From positions 162,620,481 through 162,684,480 of the forward strand of contig NC_068981.1 of the NCBI RefSeq assembly GCF_001194135.2: a stretch of 64,000 bases of DNA, in the 5' to 3' direction. Numbering within the stretch: position 1 is the first letter of the stretch; every line of letters begins with the position of its first letter. The notes under the pieces were generated by a model. It saw nothing but the letters and a program-made list of their open reading frames with translations, did not search any database and was not told the DNA's origin. The position numbers and the translations under genes were made by a program. Positions 38,131 through 50,935 of the stretch are shown one piece after another. The DNA comes from Octopus bimaculoides. Its lineage: Eukaryota.

Positions 38131-38850
38131 CATAAAAGATATCATAAAGACAGGAGTAAGGAGGATGTAAAGTGTGGAGGAAGAAGGATTCTGATGAAAT
38201 TTTCTTTAGCGTGATTTACTGAGGCTGAGATGCGGAATACTTGCATTTAATGAACTTAGTTGTAGATTGCTGCTATACATGTATAGTTGAACAAACAACT
38301 GTTGTTGTTTGACTTTGAGATAGTCCTCTTTGAGCAGATCTGTGATTAATGCTATTCATATTGTGACTGTCCTGTCTCTTTCGTTATTTTAGTTGTAATC
38401 TAGGTGTCTTTTGTTAAGTGATTTGAAGGAAATTGGGTTATTATTTCAAGCCAGTCATGTGACCATGAATTTTCATGTAGAGGCTTCCCTATTAGTTTGA
38501 GTAACCATGTGAGGTTTTAACAGAGAAACAAACAGAAAAGTGGATAGTTTTTCTGTGGTTAATTTAGACAGTGAATATAGACTTTCCTATTAAACATAGT
38601 GTACAAAATATATAAATGTGTGTGCGGTGGTGATTATATGTTGCTTTCAAAATATACCAATTATAAGGATAGGATAATGTTTGTGTGGTTAAATACCATT
38701 TGTAGGAGAGGCTGTGAAAGACTGTGAAATATATAAGAAAGCTAAATTTGTTATAATAGGCTTTTCTGTTGTAATATCATAATGTTAGTTATAACTAGAT
38801 AGATAAATAGGCAGGTAGGTAGATAGATACTGGATGGGTGGATGGACGGA

Positions 38851-38978
38851 GTTTCTTCCTTCCTTCCCTCCTTTCTTTCTTTCTTCCTTCTTTTCTGCCT
38901 TCCTTCCTTTCTTTCTTTCTTTCTTCCTTCCTTCCTTCTTTTCTGCCTTCCTTTCTTCCTTCCTTCCTTTCTTCCTTC

Positions 38979-39027
<49 letters not shown>
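38851..39027. repeat. (TTCC/TTTC)n polypyrimidine microsatellite
   Basis: Read directly from the sequence. Confidence 0.95.
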
Positions 39028-39028
<1 letters not shown>

Positions 39029-39245
39029 AAATGGCATGTGACCTTGTTGCTAGATGCATTTCTTCAGCTCAGTTCATTAGGGGTACTTTTCATGACAGTT
39101 GTATGGCAGCACCATTCCAGTTGTGTGAAGAACTTAAGCTAGAGCATGATGGTTTTTCATTTCTCTTTGAAACGACTAGAGTTGATATATTTTTATGGAC
39201 TTAACAAAAAAGGCATATACTGCCATTTATGATAATAACTTTGCC

Positions 39246-39279
<34 letters not shown>

Positions 39280-39624
39280 CATGGAATTTTGTAAGTGTGC
39301 CTAGTGCAAAGCTGTTAATATTTGCCTTGTCATTTTTGAGTAACTATAAATAATGTGATAAGGACATTTTTGTGTATCATGTCTGATTAACTGACATGTA
39401 TGTCTTTATGAGTCTGTGCTTGTTTCTGCAGACATACAAATGTGCAAGCTTATGATTGGAAAACAGTGCTGCAAGTAAGTAAATGTATTTGTATGGATTG
39501 ACTAATTGTTACATATTTTACCAATCATGAGCATTGTGATATGAGTTCATATTTTTATATGTGTTTGTATTGATGTGTGTGTATATATATATTATATACT
39601 TGTCTATACATATGTATATACACG

Positions 39625-39975
39625 TTTGCATGTGTGTGTGTGTAGGTGTAATTGTATGGTTAAGAACTTTGATTCCCAATCACTTGGTTTTGGATTCAGT
39701 CCCCAATGCAGAGTACCTAGGGCAAGTGTCTTCCATATGAATCCATGCTCATCAAACCCTTAAGAGTGGAATTTGTCGACAAAAACTGAAGACGCCCATT
39801 GTACGTGTGCGTCTCCTAATCTTGACAAAATATTATATTCACTTCTGTATAAACATATCTGGCTTTGAAGAAATTACTTCACTTGAAAACAGGAAGGGTG
39901 ACCAGCTATAAATGAATATGCTTCAGTAAACACTGTCCAACCCATGCAAGCATGAAAAAGTGGATGTTAAATGAC
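39625..39975 (+). mobile_element. Chimeric SINE family C
   Basis: Head ggattcagtcccc..agggcaagtgtctt; tail ccaacccatgcaagcatgaaaaagtggatgttaaatga. Confidence 0.7.
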
Positions 39976-40476
39976 AAGGATTATATTTATATATATATAT
40001 ATATANNNNNNNNNNNNNNNNNNNNNNNNNNNNNNNNNNNNNNNNNNNNNNNNNNNNNNNNNNNNNNNNNNNNNNNNNNNNNNNNNNNNNNNNNNNNNNN
40101 NNNNNNNNNNNNNNNNNNNNNNNNNNNNNNNNNNNNNNNNNNNNNNNNNNNNNNNNNNNNNNNNNNNNNNNNNNNNNNNNNNNNNNNNNNNNNNNNNNNN
40201 NNNNNNNNNNNNNNNNNNNNNNNNNNNNNNNNNNNNNNNNNNNNNNNNNNNNNNNNNNNNNNNNNNNNNNNNNNNNNNNNNNNNNNNNNNNNNNNNNNNN
40301 NNNNNNNNNNNNNNNNNNNNNNNNNNNNNNNNNNNNNNNNNNNNNNNNNNNNNNNNNNNNNNNNNNNNNNNNNNNNNNNNNNNNNNNNNNNNNNNNNNNN
40401 NNNNNNNNNNNNNNNNNNNNNNNNNNNNNNNNNNNNNNNNNNNNNNNNNNNNNNNNNNNNNNNNNNNNNNNNNNNN

Positions 40477-40526
40477 TATATATATGTATATGTATATATG
40501 TATATGTATATATGTATATGTATATG

Positions 40527-40558
<32 letters not shown>

Positions 40559-40690
40559 TGTATGTATATATATGTATATATATGTATATGTATATATGTA
40601 TATGTATATATGTATGTATATAGGTATGTATATATATGTATGTATATATGTATATATATGTATGTTTATATGTATATATATATATATATG
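40477..40690. repeat. (TATG/TA)n degenerate microsatellite next to a gap
   Basis: Read directly from the sequence. Confidence 0.95.
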
Positions 40691-41339
40691 GCAAATAAGA
40701 AAATGGACAGGATGAACAGTTGACAAACATCAGCCTGTAAACATTCAATTATATCTATTAATTGATTACAATCGTATATATAAATGATCCAAATAAACCA
40801 ATGAAATAAGCAAATAAACAAGTAAATAAATAGATAAATAAATAAAAATAGATGAATCAGAATAAATGAGTGAACAAATACTAAACTCTTACAGCTGTTT
40901 CTACCACGAGGTTGCTCAATCTGCTAAGTTTTCCACATCACGCCACAATGTCTTATCCTCGTTATTTCCCCCCAGTAAAATTGTAATACATTGTGTCTCT
41001 CATAACCTGTGGAAATTACTCCTAGAAGTGACTTTCTTTACCATAAAATGTAATTCCCAAGGATTATGGATATCACCTTGGAATTGACGTTTTCACCATT
41101 CCTTACTATTTCTATTATGTTATATTATTTTACTTTATTATTTTACCTTCCTCACATGTTAGATTCCTAACATTATGGTCCAACCCCTGTCCAATGTTTG
41201 TTCAACCTTTGTAAAATCCCAGTATATCACTGGCATGATGTTGAAAACTTGGCAGATTGGGCCACCCCATGGTAAAAACAGCTGTAAGTGTTTAGTATTT
41301 GTTCACTCATTTATTCTTATTTGTTTATTTATGTATTTA

Positions 41340-41483
41340 TTTACGTCTACGAAATCCACTCACAAGGCTTTGGTCGGCCCGAGGGTATAGTAGAAGACAC
41401 TTGCACAAGGTGCCACGCATTGGGAATGAACCCGGAACCATGTGGTTTGTAAGCAAGCTACTTACCACACAGTCACTCCTACG

Positions 41484-41487
<4 letters not shown>
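41340..41487 (-). mobile_element. SINE family A, head only
   Basis: aaatccactcacaaggctttggtcggcccgagg..gacacttgcacaaggtgccacgc..cccggaaccatgtgg..tacttaccacacagtcactcctacgcc. Confidence 0.85.
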
Positions 41488-41521
<34 letters not shown>

Positions 41522-41639
41522 GAATGCCTAGCATTGCCCAGGAGGGAAAGTGTCTATAAATAATCCAGAATTGCTTTTAATGAAGGCAGGTTTTAATAGA
41601 ACATTTCTAGATTCTTCTTGAAAGGTTATCTTTTATGTA

Positions 41640-41681
41640 AGACTGCTATAAATGTATTTTCCGATACATTTATAGCAGTCT
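41640..41681. repeat. Perfect 18-bp hairpin with 6-nt loop
   Basis: agactgctataaatgtat-tttccg-atacatttatagcagtct. Confidence 0.95.
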
Positions 41682-41827
41682 AGTGTCTTAACATGCTGGG
41701 TCTTGAATAGGTACTCAAAATTTATAGTATATTTTGTAATGCAATGGTGTAAATTACATAAATTTAAACCAGAAATATTAAGTAAATGTGAAAAGTTTTA
41801 TTTCATATGAAACTGTTATCTTTCATC

Positions 41828-41988
41828 ATGTTTTAGTCATTGGAGTGTGGCCATGCTGGGGCACCACCTTGATGGGGTTTTTTCAAACAAATTGACCTCA
41901 GTATTTATTTATCTATTCAATCTCTTTTGCTAGACTGTTAATTTACAGGGACATAAACAAACCAACATGGGTGTGGGACAAACAAACA

Positions 41989-42021
<33 letters not shown>

Positions 42022-42285
42022 GTCTGATACAGTTCCTCAGCTTACCAGCTCTGGTCAAACTGTTCAACTCATGCCAGCATGGACAACAGACGTTAAGTGA
42101 TGATAATGATAATATATGATGGGCTTCTTTCAGTTTCTGTTAATCAAATCGACTCACAAAGTTTTGATTGGCCCAGGATTATATAGTTTGTAGAAGATAC
42201 TTACTCAAGATACCATGTAGTGGGACTGAACCCAATACCACATGTTCGGGAAGCAAACTTCTTGACCACACAGCTACATTTGCAC
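41828..42285 (-). mobile_element. SINE family A with a short T-tail fragment inserted in the central (CA)n
   Basis: Tail at about 41830 and head at 42120-42285; ccatgccagcatggacaacagacgttaagtgatgat at about 42070-42110 on the + strand. Confidence 0.7.
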
Positions 42286-42334
42286 CTATTATTATGGAAG
42301 ATAATACATTATTTTTTATTATCACATATTATCC

Positions 42335-42505
42335 AGTCCACTCTGTAAAGTGGTTGGTATTAGGAAGAGGCATCTACCTGTAAAAATCATGCCAAAACAG
42401 ACAATGGAGCTTGGTACAGTTTCCTGGCTTGCCAACTCCTGTTAAACTTTCCAACCCATGCCAGCCAACATAGAAGATGGATGTTAAATGGTGACAATGA
42501 TGATT
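42335..42505 (+). mobile_element. LINE tail family T, degraded
   Basis: gtggttggtattaggaagaggcatctacctgt...ccaacccatgccagcc..gttaaatggtgacaatgatg. Confidence 0.7.
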
Positions 42506-43321
42506 ATCTTGAATTCTTTAATTCTCACTACAATTTGAAAAATGTGTAGGAACTGGATTGTAAGGAGGTAAACAACATATGGAAATTAAGTCATTCTCTT
42601 ATAATTTGTAAACACCAGAATGCCCAAATGAGAGTCACTCATCCAAATATTGGAAGTGCAATACATGCAGTGATAAGGAGTGAATTGTATTCAGCTCCAG
42701 CTTATATGATATTAGATCCTTACCCATCATAGCCTTGGCAGTTCTGAACATTATAATCCAGTGCATTAGGATATTCAATGGTTTTTGGTTTTAGCAACAT
42801 GTGTATAGCTACCAGAGACTGTGGGGTCTTCCAGCACTTGAGCACTTTATATAAAGTTGGCCCTTCAAGATGCTCTCCAGCAACTGTCAATGTTTTGTCC
42901 ATGGGATCTATTGTTTGACAAAGCAAAGTTTGTGTGTTCTAGAAATTGAAGTCTGCTAAATTGAATTGAATTGGACTTCTCTTGGTATGTAGTGTGTGTG
43001 TGTGTGTAAATGAATGATTTGCTACTGTTCAAATACATGCCACTGCCCACTCAAATATTACTCTTAGTTCATTTTTGTTTAAATCATGCAAATTACTTAG
43101 GCCATAAATGTGTTCTACTCTTTTTCGTATAAATCTGAGTCCTTTGGCTACTGGAGATAAGGGCAGACAATTGTGCTGATGATGACTTATATCACCAGAA
43201 ATATGTGTCCATGGCTGTCTTCTTATTCTCTAGGAATTAAGCTTGTCCTTTCCCTTAATGGCAAATCAACTTTAGAGAATCTTGAAACTATTTCCCCTTC
43301 TCAAATGGAATAGGTTTTAAT

Positions 43322-43697
43322 TCATCATCATCATCATTTAATGTCCGTTGTCCATGCTGGCATGGGTTGGATGGTTTGACTGGGTTGTCACACTGGAAGG
43401 CTATGTCAGGCTCCAGTCCAATTTGGCATGGTTTTCTACAGCTGAATGTCCTGTCTAACGCCAACCACTCTGAGAGTATTATGGGTGCTTTTACGTGCCA
43501 TTGGCATGGGTGCCATTTGCATGACACCGGTATTTGCCACGACTGCTATTTTACTTGGCTTGATGGGTCTTCTTCTCAAGCACATCATAATGCCAAAGGT
43601 CTTGGTCATTGCCTCCGCGAGGCCCAATACTTGAAAAGAACTCGGTCACCTTGCCTCCGTGAAGCCTAATACTCAAAAGGAACTCAGCCACCTTGCC
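43322..43697 (-). mobile_element. LINE tail family T variant with ~41-nt internal repeats
   Basis: (CAT)n ttaatgtccgttgtccatgctggcatggg...; repeats at 43601-43697. Confidence 0.75.
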
Positions 43698-44227
43698 ATT
43701 TGGTAATTATGATACATCCTCTAGTAGTGGAGATAATTCTAATAAATCAAGAATTTATTTTGTATGGTATTTGATATGCCTTTATTTGTCAATGTCATTC
43801 AAATACATGAAAGTGACCTCTTTAAGTTAATTCTCTTAGCCTGTTTTTGTAAATATATATAATATATTTATATGTGTGTATATGCAGAAGAATAAACAGA
43901 GTAGGAAAGAGAAAGACTGGCACTTGTAAGAATAGAATTGTTGCAGTTTATTGCATGCTAACAACAAATCACTTGGTTTTGCTTTGGAAGCTGTCAAAAT
44001 TTTGTACAGCTCTCCTCCCACACTTTATTTCAATAATTACTATTCACCATCAACTCTGATTTAAAGGTGCAAGATCATTGGACCTAGGTTCTTGAATTGA
44101 GACTCTGCTACAGCCATTATTATATGCCTTTAGACAACATGCATTAAGTTTGGTTACCTATGTCTGATTTGCTGAGAAATAGGTTGGCTGAAATATATAT
44201 TTCAATTGAGCGGTAGCTGTGTGTGTT

Positions 44228-44482
44228 GCGTGTGGAGGGATTTGGCTTAGTGGTTAGAGGTGTTGGACTCGTGATCATAAGATTGTGGTTTCGATTCCTT
44301 GACCAGGTGATACATTGTGTTCTTGAGAGCAAAACATTTCATTTCAGGTTGCTCCAGTTCACTCAGCCGGTAAAAATGAGTCATTCTGTGACGGGCTGGT
44401 GTCCCATCCAGAGGGGGAATTTATACACCAGAGAAACCAAGAAACCGTCCCTATTACTTGGGAAGGAGCTTTAATCCTTATC
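44228..44482 (+). mobile_element. tRNA-derived SINE family D
   Basis: A-box tggcttagtgg, B-box-like ggtttcgattcc, core gtgttcttgagagcaaaacatttcatttcaggttgctccagttcactcagc, then gtgacgggctggtgtcccatccagagggg. Confidence 0.8.
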
Positions 44483-47135
44483 CTTTGTGTGTGAGATATA
44501 AATCTGTTGGTGGTAATAAAAAGTAGTCTCATTGCACAACGTATGCAATACACAGTGAACCAATAGAATAAGTACTGGAGTTGATTACTTTGACTAAACC
44601 CTGTGTGTGTGTATATATATTATATATATATGTGTATGTGTATAATCTTTATTTGTGCAGGGAAGTAGCAATACCCAGATTTGAGTTGTGTTTGGGCTCT
44701 CTGTAAAGACAGTTAGAGGTTCTAGATCAAATCCTTGCAGACTTATGGATATCCAAAAACCTAAGTATCCATTCTAAATACATTTTGGCTGATTTGAATT
44801 TGAATCACTGTTGTTTTTTGTTATCGGAGAACAGCTCCTCCCTTCAGATGATGTTTGTTTGTTCATAGCACATTCAATTCTGATGTCTTGCATGTACACT
44901 GAATTACTGTTCTATGGAAATCCATTCCATTCCAATTAAACTGTCTGAGAGATAGCTTATACACATTACAGACCCTGCAGTCTTTCTTTACATATTTTGC
45001 AACTATTTTCAGCCTATTGATCTGTTTCGTGTACAAACCTGGCAACATGCTGCACTTAATTCATCAAATATTTTCAACACATCATATAAGGCTCATTCAA
45101 TTGCTCACTGTTTTACTTATCCCCCCCCCCCNNNNNNNNNNCGTCTCTACTAGCCATGCATTTCTAACTCAACTACATATACTAGGTTTTTGTTTGCATT
45201 TTACTTCATAACTTTCCAGTTTATTTGTATAAGCCTATTAAACTGGGTTGATTTACCTTTTAGGACCTACCCAATACCCGTCCTGCATTAAGTATTTCTA
45301 TTTTTACTTTTTTTTTCTTTTCCTTTATCATTTACATTGCGTCATTTCTCAGGTCTTCCCTTACCATCTCTCTTCAGTTTTAGGAAGCTGGAAGTGACAC
45401 TCCAAGAATCTTCCAAGCTGCATTTCCTCTAATCAGGTATCTGCTAGCCCTGCCCTCGCCTTTCACTTTTGTTATTACTTTCTCTAAGGCCACATGAACT
45501 TAGCTTAACAGAGCCAGACTTTGCAAGTGTTTGAGTCCTCCCCCTGATGAGCTGGTCTTACAGTGTAATTTATTATTGATAAACTCAGTCATAAATTATG
45601 TAACTCTGTATCTATGGTGCATAGAGTACCTTATTTGATTGTATATAAGACATATTTTTGTCAAAAAAATGTGTCAAAAAATCTCTCTGAGTTCTATATG
45701 TGGAGTTAGGCATATATTATGTGATTTAATGCACTAAAAACTATTTTTTCCCCACTGAATATGCACTACTGAAATTAGGGTGTATCTAATATGCTTGTGC
45801 ATCCTTTATGCTATCAAATGCAGTGCTTAATTGAAAGTGATCTGTTTTTTTTGTTTTTTTTTTAACCTAGCGGTTCAATAAAAGAGGAAAATAAAAAAGT
45901 ACCAGGCATAAAAAAGAAAGAACTGCTGTCAATTTGTTGGATTAAAATGCTTCAAGGCAGTGCCCCAGCATGGCCATGATCTAATGACTGAAAATGATAA
46001 AAGAACCACTAAATTCCTTAGTAAAACTTAAAGCTAAGGGAGGTAACTCTTTTACCTATCAAGGTTGCTTTACCTGCTAGAAATAGATACCCAATATGCT
46101 TTTAAATCGGATCCCAATGCTGGATATTCAAGAACCAAATGAAGGGCAGATTTTCAATCCTGGGATCATTCTGATTCCAAAAAGGTATAATATGTCTATG
46201 TAGAGCAAATGTAGACTGAGATAGAGGGATCTCAGACAGACAAAATTTCACTTTTCTTAATATAGATGTTCTGCTTTCTGGCATTAAGTGCAATCATTCC
46301 AATATAGCAGCAACTTCACTCGACATCTTTTCTTAATTGGTTGTCGTTTGCTTTTAACCACCAAATTTTAGAATCTGTCTTGTATAGATCTGGAATTGTG
46401 GTCAAAACACAACCTGATCAAGGTGTGAGTTACTTTAATCCATCTGTAGAACTAAATACTTCTGTCTCTGATAAATTTGTGTCCTTGAGCAGTCAATATA
46501 AGAAATAATTATCATGACAGCAACAAGACATTAATGTCAGCTTAATCAAAGAAAACAAATGTCATGCAGTGCAGACCTACACAATGTCTGCCAACTTAGG
46601 AAATGAATATAAGACATGACAATAATGATGATAGTCTAATAAGATTGTTCCTGATGGATGTGTAGGTTGCTTACCTTCACTCTTGTTTATGAGGAAGCCT
46701 TAGGATAGGCCACTTAAGTAAACATATGAAAATCTAGTCAAACAAAGAAGCAGTTTTTATCTGTATTTTATTTATGGACATCTTTGTTTTGACATTTTGA
46801 AACTTAATTGAAGAAAAGTAGACTGCTACATGAAGCAGGTCAAGTAAACAAACTGCTTAAAATCCTTTGTTTTGTTGAGGCTGGGTCAGCCCTGATAGTG
46901 CAGTCCGATGATCAAAGACATTCAGCCTCTGACCATCCATTTTCAAAAATTTATTTTTCTTTGTTTAATTTTTTCGGACTTTTGTTTTTCTAGAATTAGA
47001 TTATCCAATATGTAGATTTCTATATTAGGATAGATATTATTGTTGATTACCATTTTAACTATATTTGATCACAGTACAAAGAGCAAAAACAAACCCCAAA
47101 CATTTCTGTCTAGAGACTCTGATTTATAGGTTTAA

Positions 47136-47357
47136 CCCTTTAGCATTCAGATTTCTCTGTCAAACATAAACCTTATTTCTTCTCATTGTTTTGAATTAAT
47201 CATGCATTATCTTATAGCTTCAAGATTTCGATGATGTGATTTGTTTCTTTTTAGGATGACGTTGTAGGGTAGGTATGAGAGGCCAGATCTAGCTGGTTTG
47301 AACATAAAAACAGGTAGAATATTTGTGCTGTATAAGGCCAATTTAAGCACTAAAGGG
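47136..47357 (+). mobile_element. piggyBac-type MITE family P1
   Basis: TTAA|ccctttag ... ctaaaggg|TTGA; 222 bp. Confidence 0.75.
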
Positions 47358-47469
47358 TTGAACTGATTGTTTATGTCATCAGTACGAGGGAGCCTTTAAC
47401 ATGGTCATTTGACCTGTTAACAATAGAAGCCAAATCACTGTTGTGAAAGCTATACACACCATGACTTAA

Positions 47470-47691
47470 CCCTTTCGTTAACAACCCGGCTGAAACCACC
47501 TCTGACTCTGTAGTACAAATGTCTTGTCTTCAAAAGTTCTGAATTAAAATTCTCCACCAAACCTTAGTCACAATTTATGTTCCTAACACTAGCTTAATGA
47601 TAACTAAGTTATTTTATTAAATTCTTTGTTATATCTAAAATTAATTGAAAGAAACACAGGGCATCTCAACAGAAATATGGTAACAAAAGGG
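47470..47691 (+). mobile_element. piggyBac-type MITE family P2, complete
   Basis: TTAA (47466-47469)|ccctttcgtta ... taacaaaaggg|TTAA (47692-47695); 222 bp. Confidence 0.85.
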
Positions 47692-47924
47692 TTAAACATT
47701 CATGAGTTTATTGCGAATTTGCTGTAATACTGTGCAGGCAAAACTTATAGCTCTGTGTTACTGATGAACATTACTTGTTGTCTTAGGTTCTGTTGTTTTA
47801 CTTTTATGAAAATCTTCTCATGATATTTAGAAAGATGGTAGTTAGTTTAGTGTTCTAGTATAAATTTGCTTCTCAATTCACACAATATATATTGTACTTC
47901 TCTCTCTATTATCATCTGCTTTAA

Positions 47925-48250
47925 TGTCTACATTTCCATGCTTGCGTGGTCTAGAGGAATTTGTTGAGGTAGACATTCTATAGGTGAATGCCATTCCTGT
48001 TGCCAAGCCTCAGCTGTTTCCAAGTAGAGTAATATTTCGCTATAACCAGGTATGTTTTTATAGAAGATTGGAAACAGGTACTGCATAATGGTGGCACTTG
48101 TTTACAACTATCACACAATGTCAAGACAAGGAAACATGAACACACACACACACACGGCAGGCTTATTTCAGTTTTTGTCTACCAGACCCACTCACAAGAG
48201 GCATGTAGAAAACACATGCCCAAGGTGCCATGCAATAGGACTAAACATTA
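47925..48250 (-). mobile_element. Chimeric SINE family C, degraded
   Basis: tttaatgtctacatttccatgcttgcgtgg ... cacatgcccaaggtgccatgcaataggact. Confidence 0.65.
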
Positions 48251-48294
48251 AACCTGAAGATGTCTCCCTACATCCCTCTTCACTGAGCATTCCT

Positions 48295-48525
48295 AATCTT
48301 GTGGGTTCATGGGTGCTGGTGCCAGTGCCACCTAAAAGCATCTGTGCATGAAAGCACCCAGTACACTCTGTAAAGTGGTTGGCATTAGGAAAGGTATCCA
48401 GCCATAGAAACCATGCCAAAACAGACATGGAACCTCGACAACCCATCAGCTGGTCAGCTCCTGTCAAACCATCCAACCCATGCCAGCATAGAAAATGGAC
48501 ATTAAATTATGATGATGATAATGAT
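48295..48525 (+). mobile_element. LINE tail family T variant
   Basis: aagcacccagtacactctgtaaagtggttggcattaggaaagg...ccatgccagcatagaaaatggacattaaattatgatgatg. Confidence 0.75.
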
Positions 48526-49334
48526 AATGGTTGGGAGGCTAGCTTGTTAACCACACAGACCTTGCCTGTGTCTTGTGTATGTGTGTAAATGAAAATTCAA
48601 CAAACAAAAAAAAAAAAAAAAAAAAGTTATATATATATATATGTGCGCTTACCAAATTTTTAATGAAAATAGCTGCCAAGAATATGCCTCTTCTGAGATG
48701 TTGGCTTGTCTTTTGCTTGGAATTATTCTGTTGGTTTTCTTTCTCTTTCCCTCTTGTTTGATGGTGTTTTCTTAATATATCTACGTATATTAATGTTGAT
48801 TGTAATTACTGGAAAATTATATAACTAATATAGATTGCTGGTGCCTGTATCAATTTACAATTTGGCTTCTTAATCAGCTTCTGTATGACTTCATTAACAC
48901 TGTCTTTACAATTAACTTATTTGTTTGTGATTTTCCAACAAAATTGAATCATAGCTTTCAATTCATACCTATATTACAAGCCTTAGAGTGTCTTTTGTTG
49001 TTTTTATGCGTGTGTGTGTGTATATATGTATGTGTATATACATCTGTATGTATATGTATGTATGTATGTGTATATATGTGTGTGTGTGTGTGTATATATA
49101 TATGTATGTATATATACTCCCACACATACACAAACACACGCATTAAGTGAATTTCTTTTCATGTCAGGAACAATAGCTATAGAGACTTAGTGGCCATCAT
49201 TGGGATATTCTTGCAGCAAGAACAAACATTTTTGAGTTCAGATCCAATGTGCATGTTTCTTTGCATTTTTAGACAGAATATAGAAGCCTGTCAAGTGTGT
49301 GTGTGTGTGTGTGTGTGCACATTCACTCGTGCAT

Positions 49335-49578
49335 GTCTATTTGTATGTACCCTTGTCGTAATATCATGGTTGTAAACAAGCATTATCAGCACACAAGCAA
49401 TATTGTTTGTTTCCAGTCTTTCATAAAAATCATGCCTGGCCATGGGGGAAAATATTGCCTCAGTTGGAAATAGGAGATGGTTGGCAATAGGAAGGGCATT
49501 CAACTGTTGAAGATCTGTCTCAACAAATTCTATCTGACCCATGCAAGCATGGAAAAGTAGAAGTTATGATGATGACGA
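49335..49578 (+). mobile_element. SINE family C, 3' half
   Basis: catgcctggccatgggggaaaatatt..aggaagggcattcaactg..ccatgcaagcatggaaaagt..atgatgatgacgacg. Confidence 0.65.
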
Positions 49579-49870
49579 CGATATTCTGCTTTACATCATC
49601 TCACTTAGCAGTTTAGAGTAGGGATTTTGATAAGCTTACTTTTGATACACCGGTATCTTATATAAAGGGAAAGATAGATTTATCTGTTATCTGCTTAAAG
49701 TCACATGTCTTAAACTAAGTACCTACTCTTTAGAATTTGCTTGGGGTTTAGGAAACATTGTCTTGAGTTTGTGTTAGTCTGTCTAGCATAGAAAGAGACT
49801 GTTCTTCCATCAGCTATGAACCATATACATTTGGTGATTGCCATTCCAGATATTGTGATTTTGAGTTTAA

Positions 49871-50016
49871 CCTCTTAGCATTTAAATGACCATATCCAGC
49901 ACAAATTTTCTGTTTTATGCTCAAACTGACCAGATCTGGCTTTTTTACACCTACCCTACAATTCTAAAAAATAGTTACATCAATGAAATCTCAAGGGTGT
50001 CAAATAATGTTAAAGG
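49871..50016 (-). mobile_element. piggyBac-type MITE family P1, internally deleted
   Basis: ttaacctcttagcatttaaa..ccagatctggc..acacctaccctaca..taaaggttaa. Confidence 0.6.
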
Positions 50017-50562
50017 TTAAGGGAGGAGAAAAGGATAGCAACCTGTATGGCTCCAATTTTGAGTTGGATATTGTGCTATAGGATTATGTCTTATTAGTGA
50101 ACATCTCCAACTCTTTGCAAGATTCACCTCCAGAGTTCTAACACAATAGGCAGCTGGATAAAGTTGATGTTTTAATGTGTCATTGTTAGCTCCTTGTACA
50201 ACGACTCTTGTCTTCTATAATTTAAAGCAATACTTAAATGTAGTAGTGGACTAAAATAACTGGGTGGTTTGATTGTCAAAAAGTATGAGAACAACATCTC
50301 ATTGCTTACCCTTAAGAGGCCTTGAATTCAACACTGCAAGTATAATTTGTTAAATTATACTGCACTTGCACTGCTAACACTGACAACACCTACTTAACCA
50401 TGGAAGTGAAATGAACAGGCTGTAGCTGTCTCATTGATATGACACAGTTTGTGTGTAAGCTGCTTACTGCCCATCATTTTGGCAGTGATCAGTTGTTAGA
50501 GACCTTGTCTTCTCAGCCAGCTGTGGTTCTATTTAGAAATTTGTATAAGTACATAAAGATGC

Positions 50563-50935
50563 AGGCATGGTACCTTGGGTGTCTTCTACTATAGCCCCGG
50601 CCCAACCAAATTCTTGTGAGTGGTTCTAGTTGGTGGAAACTGAAAGAAACCTGCTGTGTATATATGTGTATATATACATATATGTATATGTGTTACTTTC
50701 TCCTAGCCATGACCTTATATAATAGTTGTAAACAAGTGTCACTGTTAGGTGGGTGGTGTCCTTCTGTTCCAATTTCCTGTCTCTGGTCATGAAGAAATAT
50801 TAACTTACTTGGAAGCAAGTGAGGGTTGGGTACAGGAAGGGCATCTAGCCAAAGAAAATCTGCCTCAACAAAAATTTCATTTAACCCATGCAAACATGGT
50901 ATTGTATACATTAAACCAATACTGATTATGATGAC
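50563..50935 (+). mobile_element. Chimeric SINE family C
   Basis: ggcatggtaccttgggtgtcttctactatagcc ... aggaagggcatctagcc..aacccatgcaaacatgg. Confidence 0.65.

Noticed and set aside
39923-40748. Long ORFs at 31568, 39923, 51402 and 57706
   Set aside because: Their length comes from N-runs. Only the pre-gap RT part of 57706 and the RT fragments near 31530-31797 are real.
44228-44305. tRNA gene
   Set aside because: A and B boxes are present, but there is no acceptor-stem pairing or terminator, and the sequence continues into a SINE core.
46388-46424. 37-nt micro-exon SGIVVKTQPDQG (tgtatag acceptor, GTGAGT donor); similarly 62279-62309 IYYSKLQQLR
   Set aside because: Acceptors are weak, the peptides are too short to identify, and such site pairs are common by chance.
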